From positions 1 through 61,476 of the forward strand of contig JAFGFL010000058.1 in the NCBI GenBank assembly GCA_016931055.1: DNA of 61,476 nucleotides, in the 5' to 3' direction. Below are positions 27,643-35,100 of the stretch, piece by piece. The translations under genes were made by a program, and so were the position numbers. The notes beneath the pieces are model-generated. The model was not told where the DNA came from and did not search any database. It was given only the letters and a program-made list of their open reading frames with translations. Every line of letters starts with the position of its first letter. Position 1 is the first letter of the stretch. This DNA comes from Candidatus Omnitrophota bacterium. GTDB lineage: Bacteria > Omnitrophota > Gorgyraeia > Zapsychrales > Zapsychraceae.

Positions 27643-27791
27643 GGCGTTCTGGCGTCCGAAAAAATTCTATTTTTTCTGCACAACAGGCGGTTTCAAGGTA
27701 TACTGAAGTAGTAACGGCATGGAAAAATCTTAATGGGGGAGAACATGCTGCCGCATCAAGTCCCCTTGACGTTCCATAAGGGAAATCAAAA

Positions 27792-28649
27792 ATGATGGTC
27801 TTGGCTTTATTCTTGTGTTTTGTCACCGTGGCCCTGATCGGGTATGTGGTCGCGCCGATGGTCTACAGCCGGGCGCTGATCGAAAGCGGGAGACAGCAGC
27901 AGCGGCTGTCCAACAAGATGGAGCAGCTGATGTCGCGCCGGGAAGCGAACAAAATCAGCCGCCTGTTTATCGTCGCGCCATTGGTCCTCGCCGGCGGTTT
28001 TTATCTGGTTTTCCCGGAAGGCCTGCGCCTGTTCGGGGTCATTTTCGGGGTCGTCGTCGGGTTGGTCTTCCCCGGCATCTACGTCCAGGCTCTTACCAAG
28101 AGGACCAAAGAGCAGTTCAACAACCAGTTGATCGATGCGCTGATGATCATGTCGAGTTCGTTTCGGGGGGGCTTAAGCCTGGTGCAGGCGCTTGAGGCGG
28201 TTGTTGACGAGATGCCCGATCCGATCAACAAGGAATTCGGCATTGTCCTTGGGGAGAACAAGATGGGGGTTTCCCTGGAAGAGGCGCTGAACCACCTTTA
28301 TACCCGCATGGCCTCGCCGGCCCTGCAGCAGATGATCACGGCGATCCTCCTGGCGCGGGAGACCGGCGGGAACCTGCCCGTTATTTTCAACCGTATCGTC
28401 AACAATATCCGCGAGAGCAAGAAGATACAGCAGAACCTGGACACCTTGACGATCCAGGGGAAGATCCAGGGGGTCGTCATGAGCATCCTGCCGGTCGCCT
28501 TCGCGTTTCTGCTTTATTCGTCGAACCGGAGGGTTTTTGATAATATGCTGGTCTCCGAGCTCGGCAGGACGCTTTTGATTTACGCGGTGATTTCCGAGAC
28601 GATCGGGGCGTTCTTGATTTGGAAGATCAGCTCGTTTAAGGACTTTTAA
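27792..28649 (+). CDS. tadB: TadB (type II secretion system F-family platform protein)
   Basis: 285 aa. N-terminal TM helix and T2SSF-like core ('LIDALMIMSSSFRGGLSLVQALE', 'ARETGGNL'), followed by C-terminal TM helices. Confidence 0.75.
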   Translation: MMVLALFLCFVTVALIGYVVAPMVYSRALIESGRQQQRLSNKMEQLMSRREANKISRLFIVAPLVLAGGFYLVFPEGLRLFGVIFGVVVGLVFPGIYVQALTKRTKEQFNNQLIDALMIMSSSFRGGLSLVQALEAVVDEMPDPINKEFGIVLGENKMGVSLEEALNHLYTRMASPALQQMITAILLARETGGNLPVIFNRIVNNIRESKKIQQNLDTLTIQGKIQGVVMSILPVAFAFLLYSSNRRVFDNMLVSELGRTLLIYAVISETIGAFLIWKISSFKDF

Positions 28650-28652
28650 TGA

Positions 28653-28760
28653 GGGCTTGACTTACGGAACGTATGTTTTTCCTTAATTTTGATTTAGAGG
28701 AAAACATTACGTACCCAATTGTAAGACAATCGGGTACGAAGTGAACGTAAGTCAATGCCC
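28653..28760. repeat. Multi-hairpin palindromic element in the tadB-tadC gap
   Basis: The outer arms 'gggcttgacttacg' and 'cgtaagtcaatgccc' are inverted repeats. Inner arms are 'gaacgtatgtttttcc' / 'ggaaaacattacgtac' and 'gtaccc' / 'gggtac'. It shares the 11-mer 'gtgaacgtaag' with the MITE-like arm at 22602. Confidence 0.55.
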
Positions 28761-28893
28761 GAATTAATCCCGAGCTTCAATGGTTCAACAATGAGAAGCG
28801 AGGGATCAATGCCGTATATCGTGTTTCGTTAAAAAAAGCTCCAAAGCCCGATGTGTTGCGATATACGATCTACGATTATAATTTGGAGTTACA

Positions 28894-29772
28894 ATGATTA
28901 CCTTACTTTTCCTCTGCGCTTATTTCTGCGCTTTCAGTTTTGTCCTCGGGTTTATGCCCATGGAATGGGAAAGGCGCCCGACGCTGGAGGCCCTGGGGAT
29001 GTCCCCCCTCGCGAAGAAAAAGAAAAGGAAGATATTTTCTCTCCTCTTTGCGGCGTCCGTGATCAATAGGCCCCTCTGCAAAGGGCCCGTCCGTGCGCGG
29101 CTCATCAAGGATCTGTCGGTCGCGCGCGTCAATTTAACGCCGGAAGAGTTCTTCCTGGTCAAGGAAATAGGGGTCTTGGTCATCCTCGTGTTGACTTACC
29201 CGTCCGTGAGCCCCGAATATATATTCGGCTGGATCGCGATGGGGTTTGTCGGAGGCTACATGGTCCCCGAGTTCTGGCTGAAGGCGAGGATCAAGAAGAT
29301 CAAGAATACCATCGTCAAGGAGCTTCCGGACGCGATAGACCTCCTGGGGCTTTGCGTGAACGCGGGGCTTGACTTCATGCTTTCCCTAAAATGGGTGGTT
29401 GAGAAATCCGCGCCCTCCGTGATGATTGATGAGCTCAATACGATCCTGCAGGAGATCAATGTCGGGAAGACCCGCCGCGATGCCATCAAGGACCTGGCGG
29501 GCCGTTATGAGCTGCCGGACCTGTCCACCTTTTCGCGGACGCTGATCCAGGCGGACAAAATGGGGACTTCCGTGACCGAGGCCTTGAACATCCTTTCGGA
29601 GGATATGCGGATCTCGCGCTACCGCCGCGGCGAGCAGATGGCCCTGAAGGCCCCGATGAAAATGCTGGTCCCTCTTCTTGCGTTCATCTTTCCCGTTGTC
29701 GGCATCCTTGTCGCCGGCCCTATCCTGATCGATTTCATGGAGAACAATCCGTTCAAACAAGTCGCGAGGTAA
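28894..29772 (+). CDS. tadC: TadC (type II secretion system F-family platform protein)
   Basis: 292 aa. T2SSF-like core ('LPDAIDLLGLCVNAGLDFMLSL', 'LIQADKMGTSVTEAL') with flanking TM helices. Confidence 0.75.
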   Translation: MITLLFLCAYFCAFSFVLGFMPMEWERRPTLEALGMSPLAKKKKRKIFSLLFAASVINRPLCKGPVRARLIKDLSVARVNLTPEEFFLVKEIGVLVILVLTYPSVSPEYIFGWIAMGFVGGYMVPEFWLKARIKKIKNTIVKELPDAIDLLGLCVNAGLDFMLSLKWVVEKSAPSVMIDELNTILQEINVGKTRRDAIKDLAGRYELPDLSTFSRTLIQADKMGTSVTEALNILSEDMRISRYRRGEQMALKAPMKMLVPLLAFIFPVVGILVAGPILIDFMENNPFKQVAR

Positions 29773-29783
29773 CCCCTTCCCTA

Positions 29784-29853
29784 CCCACTTCGGGAGTGCT
29801 TACTCAATCACACCCCGGGAGTGTGATTTTTTATCACACTCCCGGGGTGTGAT
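29784..29853. repeat. REP-like palindromes flanking the RAYT gene (3' side of the minus-strand gene)
   Basis: 'cccacttcgggagtg' (29784-29798). Also two mutually inverted copies, 'atcacaccccgggagtgtgat' (29807-29827) and 'atcacactcccggggtgtgat' (29833-29853). Confidence 0.7.
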
Positions 29854-29998
29854 TGGTTGCTATTCGATGACCAGGCCTTTGACCAGGGCCAATTCCTTTT
29901 GGTATGAAATATGGTCAATGACAAATGAACGATAATCTCCAGGCATAATATCGGAAAGGTCATCGGTCCGGCATAAGGCGTCAGGAGAAGCCGGTCTT

Positions 29999-30520
29999 TT
30001 ATTTGGTATACTCTGCGTATGAGGAAAATACCCAATCTTCCGGAGAAGAGACAAGATTTGCTGTCACAGGATTTAGGTGAATATATCTGGTCAAGTGCAG
30101 GAGCTGTTCATCCGTTTTCACTAAAACGTTCTTAAACCTTCCCTCCCAAAGTGGTCCCTTCCTTGTGTGTTTAATATTAAAATATCTGGCATAACTGTTC
30201 TGGACATTTGCCATAAACCGTGTGATCCCGTTGTCTGCTGCCTGCTTGACAATAAGATGAAAATGGGTCGGCATAAGACAGTAGGCGATCAGGTTGACTG
30301 GTTTTATTGATGGCTGCTGCCTTGCTTTGTTGGAAAGACAGAGGGTATTTGCGTGAATATGATCGGAAAACTTTCCGGGAGTTAAGGAGCTTTGATAATG
30401 GCGAAGGGTTTGTACCATATGGGAATATTCATGCGAGTTACTGAAAATAACATAGCCGGCAATGCTACGGTTGAACACATGATAAATTTGATCTGTATGT
30501 AAGCTATCTCTTCTTGGCAT
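29999..30520 (-). mobile_element. REP-associated tyrosine transposase (RAYT) / IS200-like Y1 transposase
   Basis: 173 aa. HUH motif 'MPTHFHLIV' and catalytic Tyr context 'LTRYIHLNPV'. Palindromic repeats on both sides. Confidence 0.8.
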
Positions 30521-30640
30521 CAGAAAAACCTATTTAAAGGCAGGGGATTCAACGGGGATTTTGGGATAGTGACTTAAAATAGCATTCATGTTTTAATAAG
30601 TCAAGAAATATGTTTAAATTAATGAGATTTCACCCATTCA

Positions 30641-30696
30641 CCCACTTTGGGAGTGGGAACTGGGACTGGAATCCCGAATCCCACTCCCGAAGTGGG
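30641..30696. repeat. REP-like inverted pair upstream of the RAYT gene
   Basis: 'cccactttgggagtggg' (30641-30657) and 'cccactcccgaagtggg' (30680-30696) are reverse complements with 1 mismatch. Same motif as at 29784. Confidence 0.7.
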
Positions 30697-30960
30697 TTAT
30701 TACATAAAATTACATAAAATATACCACAAATTTCTGTACTGTACTACAAGAATTTATTCAAATTTCTGTATTTTGCAATGACGCATTTATACTGGTGAAT
30801 TAACGGCAAGACAAGAGCTTTATACAGATTTATACTGTCAATACAAATTTGTATAAACTTTGTTAAGCCTCAATATAGAAAGAATCTAAGAAAAAATCAG
30901 CAGTGACCGGTCTAGAGTTTCAATAGATACTATGTGAGAATCAAGAATTATGACAGAATG

Positions 30961-31003
30961 TCCAGTCTGACTGTCAGACTGGACAATATTGTCCAGACTG
31001 GAC
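30961..31003. promoter_or_regulatory. Array of three overlapping perfect palindromes built from GTCCAG/CTGGAC
   Basis: 'tccagtctgactgtcagactgga' (30961-30983, 11-bp arms), 'ctggacaatattgtccag' (30979-30996) and 'gtccagactggac' (30991-31003). Confidence 0.4.
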
Positions 31004-31536
31004 ATTCATTTATGTGTAATCTTGGCAATGAGCCGAAATGGTTTCAAGATTCAGTTTGTGGAATGAAAGGATCATAACAATCCTGGGATCCTTCCATTTG
31101 GCCTGAACGAGAACCCTTTGGCTCATGGGCAGAATGGCAGGATTCAACCAATGCCTCGGTGGTCTGGCTGGGTTGATTTTTTCTGGCGTTAAAAATATTG
31201 ACAGATTAGCCGGTTATGGAAATTTACCGGAATTTTCCCGCAAGGGGAAACCGATGATCATTGAAAGCGCTGTTAAAACAGGTTTGATTTGTATTTTTCC
31301 GGGCAAAATAGGTGAAAATTCAAGTGAAATTGAAGAGTTGTTTTTGAGGCATTAATTCCGACGAGGATTTTAGTGAAAAAATAGGAAACGCTTTCTATTT
31401 TCTGCTTCTTTTGGCCCCTGTTTGTCGTCGACGGGAAAGGCGCAGGAATTAGCAATAAAAAATCAAATATATTTACAGAATAACGTAACTCATTGCGCAA
31501 GAAGGGGATTGCTTCGCAGAAAAATGAACAGTTTGC

Positions 31537-31564
31537 TTGAACTCGACGCGCAATATGGTATACT
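31537..31564 (+). promoter_or_regulatory. Candidate extended -10 sigma70 promoter upstream of the giant gene
   Basis: TTGAAC (31537-31542), a 16-nt spacer ending in TGg, then TATACT (31559-31564). Confidence 0.5.
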
Positions 31565-31664
31565 TCTAATGTCATTAGAAAGTTAAATGAAAGTTGGTTG
31601 AGATACGATAAAGGGACCCCATGAGAATCGCAACCAAAAACTTATTCAGATCCGCCATCAAGAC

Positions 31665-31700
31665 AAGGCTGCCAAAACCAACGGCAGCCTTTAATTTTTT
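31665..31700 (+). terminator. Rho-independent terminator / possible attenuator in the giant-gene leader
   Basis: 9-bp stem AAGGCTGCC/GGCAGCCTT (31665-31673 / 31683-31691) followed by 'taatttttt'. Confidence 0.6.
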
Positions 31701-32151
31701 AACCCAGAAGAGCATTGACCGGTAACCATGGCCGTGAATTTACAAAAATTCGCGAATAATATTTCTATTAGTATCGTGTTGTTTATAAATACTATAAGCA
31801 ATGCCGCGCGCTGTGTGCGGCAACAGGCAAAAACCGCAGCGGGGAGATTTGCCATCGTCGGGATTGATAATTTCGGCTTAAGTTTCTTGGAGGAAATGTT
31901 GTCAGGGACAAGAAGCCGATTAGAGTATCGTCGTCGGGAAAAAGGATTGAATTATGCAAAGAATTCCCCTCCCCTTTGGGGAGGGGTAAGGGAAGGGGGA
32001 GCTCCGATGATGTCACCCCCACCTAACCTCCCCCATCAAGGGGGAGGGAATCCTGGTCTGAGGGAACCCGTGTTTTTCGAACTTAAAAGGATGCAAATCG
32101 GACAGATTGAAATTTTTGGCAGTATGCTAAATAAACAAAAGGCCTGGAAGC

Positions 32152-35100
32152 ATGAGCGATAGACCCGACAATTTTGAGTTACCCGGCTCTTGGATGGTCC
32201 CTTATGAGTCCCCTTCCCACAAGGGCGATAAGACCTTTGCCAAGGCGGCGGATATCTCTGCGTCCGATGTCATGCGGATGCAAAATATCAACAACGTAGG
32301 GGCAGGCTTTACGCCTGCCCAAAGGCAAGACGGTGGCGTTTTCAGGAGCCGTTTCAGCGGCTGGGTCCGCACGGTCGCTTTAGCCGTCGTTTTGGTCTTC
32401 CTTCCGGAACAGGCCAGCTGGGCATTCAATTATAACCCGATGACGTTATGGGGCCGCAAGGGCCAAGACGTTGTTTCCGTCAGCCCCGACGCCTCTCCGG
32501 ATGAGGCCGTCTCCGCCCGCATCGCGGCCAGCGTCAGTAATCTTTTAAACCAAATCGCGTACAAAGAAAACGCGCGGGTTCAATTGCAATTGGCCGCGGA
32601 TCACGATCACGTAGGGGCAGGCTTTACGCCTGCCCAAAAGGGACAAGGGCACCCGCAAGGGGTGCCCCTACTCATTGACTCTGAAACCGTCTTCACCAAT
32701 AACCGCATCCGCAGGATCACCGAGTGGCTCCGGCAGCCGGAGATTCATCCCTTAAACTGCGGGGTCTACGCCCTTAAGGACATCCTGGCCAGCTACGATG
32801 TCGACGCCCCGCTGGAAGAGCTGTCGGTTTCCTCTTTAATGGTCGACCTCCTTAACGATATTGTCCAGCCGGGGGAGGAGAAACTGAAGACTTCGCTTTT
32901 TGCCATCCACAAGATCGTCGAGGCCTACGGGCTGGGCCTCAAGGCCGCCAAGCTCGCGCCGGAGGATGTGCTGAAACTCAAGACGCCGTTCATCGCCAAT
33001 TTCGAATCCGAGCACTTTGTGACCGTCAATTCCGTTGACAATTCCCGCGTCTATTATTCCGACATCGGCCGCGCCCAGGTCCTATCCATCCCGGAATTCA
33101 CCGCCCAGCTGACCGGATTCGTCCTTGCCCCTGACCTCGAAGAACAGGAAAACGCCGCCTTTGAATATCTGCCGGATTCCCTGACTCCCTTTATCTGGGG
33201 GAACAAATATGTTGACAGGTCCGACGAACTGCCCGGGCTGATTAGTGGATGGTCATTAGGCATAGGCGCGGCCATACAGGTGGGCGCGGCATTTGGAGCC
33301 GCGTATTTAACTACTCTGGGCGGAGCGTTAGGGGCTATTGGCGGCTTTATGGGCGGTAACAGCAGTTTTGTCTTTTCCCTGGGAGTCAGCCAGTTCGCCG
33401 GGTCAATGGCGCAGGTCTGCATGATGAAATGGGGCTGCAGCGAAATGCAGGGGATGATCTTGAGCACAGCTATTTCAACCGGGGCAACGATGGGGCTCGC
33501 GGCGGCTGAAAAAGCGTTGGCTCAAAATGCGGCGGCCGCGTCTTTAGAAAATCAGGCTGGATCGATGGCAAATACCATGGCAGGTTCGGCGGAAGCAATG
33601 GTGGGTGCGGCAGCATATAATGGGGTGGCCGAATCGATGAAAACTTCAGTCTGGCAAGCTGCCCTGATCGGTGTGGCCAAAGGCCTCGCGATCGGAGCGG
33701 GAAGCACATACATCGAATACAAAGTTGCTGAGGGGCTTGATGAAATATTGCCTGAAGGGATGAACCAGGTGATCCGTGACGGGATCATCAGCATTGGTTC
33801 TTCATTCGCCGGCCAAGGCGCGGTCTTGGGAGGAGCCGGCGCGATCGGAGGGGCTATTAGCGGAGCCGGCAGCGAAGGCCAGGGATGGTTTAAAGGCATG
33901 CTTAGCGGGATGAAAACGGGATTTGTGAATAACATGAATCTGGTGTTCAACAAAAATGCGTTAAAAGGCCTAGGATTCAAATTCGCCGCCCTTGGCCTGC
34001 GCGCCTTGCTCGATTGGGCCGATGGCGGCAAAGGCGCCTTCGCCGGCGATTCTATGTTGTCGCAGGCGATCGGCATGTTTACTGAGGTTTTTCTTATGTC
34101 ATTTACCCAGGACAGCGCGCTGGAGGCCAAACACAAGGCGGTTGCGGCAGAAGAAGGGAAAAAAGCTTATGATGCCGCGATAAGGACGCAAGCGGGAGTT
34201 TCAGATGACATCTCGGTTAAAGACGCTCTTGGCAAAGCGGGTGACGCGCTACAAAAAGCGATTTGGGAACAAAAGGCTAAAGAAGTGCACGACGAAACGT
34301 ATGAGGCAACCCTGACTAAATTAGAGAATCTGCATGAGATTGCCTTCGCTGACAAAGACGACAAGGCTGACGTTGATATCGCTGATGGTCAACTGACTGT
34401 TAAGAAGGGAGATAAGCTTGGTACTTTTCAAATCGCCACGGCAAAAGAGTTATACGCAGACAAGATGGCTGGCGTCTTTTTGGATGAAACAACGAAGGCA
34501 GGGAATCTCGCCATGGCGGATCTTAAAGTTAAAACAGAGGAATCGGGAGAAGCGGAAACAGACGAAACAAAGCAGCTTTATTTGGCTGCCATGGCTGAAG
34601 CTTCGGGAATAGAAGAGGCTGATCCTGAAGGAGATTTGAAAGCTGCTTTCACAAGAGGCCGGAGAAATGAAGCCCTTTCGCAAGTGCAGGCCCTTATGGA
34701 TGGTGAAACGAACGCCTGGAAGAGTATTGCGATGAAAGGATTTATTTCCATGGCCCTGGCCTACGCGATGGACGCCATCGAAGAAGGCCGCGTCAAGGGG
34801 CCGCGGGCCGGCGACCGCCAGACCGACAGGATGACCCTCCTGAAACTGAGAGGCATATGGTCCCTCTCGGGCGCCCTTTACAGCACGGGGGCAACGCTGT
34901 TGTCAAATGTGTTTAGGCCGGCAGAACCGTTAGAAAAAGGAAATAACGATGGATTGGTAGCGGATCTGAGCAAATTGAATCCAGAGGAACTGAAGGAAGC
35001 AAGAAAGATATACGAAGCGCAAGGAAAGCTGGAACAATTTGAAGCCGAATTAACCATGAATAAATCGCTTCTTCTTACGGCGCTTGATGAATATATCGCC

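Noticed and set aside
27815-28195. 126-aa alternative-frame + ORF inside tadB, and the 28851-29069 ORF overlapping the tadC start
   Set aside because: Their Arg/Gly/Pro-rich translations are typical of off-frame reading of a GC-richer gene. The TadB and TadC frames carry the T2SSF motifs.
31125-31355. 76-aa + strand ORF and the overlapping 100-aa minus-strand ORF (31273-31575) in the giant-gene upstream region
   Set aside because: Neither has a convincing RBS, a recognisable motif or distinctive composition, and they overlap each other. The evidence is too thin to call either.
31621-31725. 34-codon ORF (MRIATKNLFRSAIKTRLPKPTAAFNFLTQKSIDR) downstream of the 31537 promoter
   Set aside because: The terminator hairpin lies inside it and the RBS is weak. 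It cannot be told apart from a non-coding leader or sRNA without expression or conservation data.
31728-32162. 144-aa + strand ORF ending 11 nt into the giant ORF
   Set aside because: Its middle ('NSPPLWGGVREGGAP...PPPNLPHQGGGN') is simply the translation of two G/C hairpins (31966-31986, 32027-32047). There is no RBS or family resemblance. It is more likely leader or non-coding sequence.
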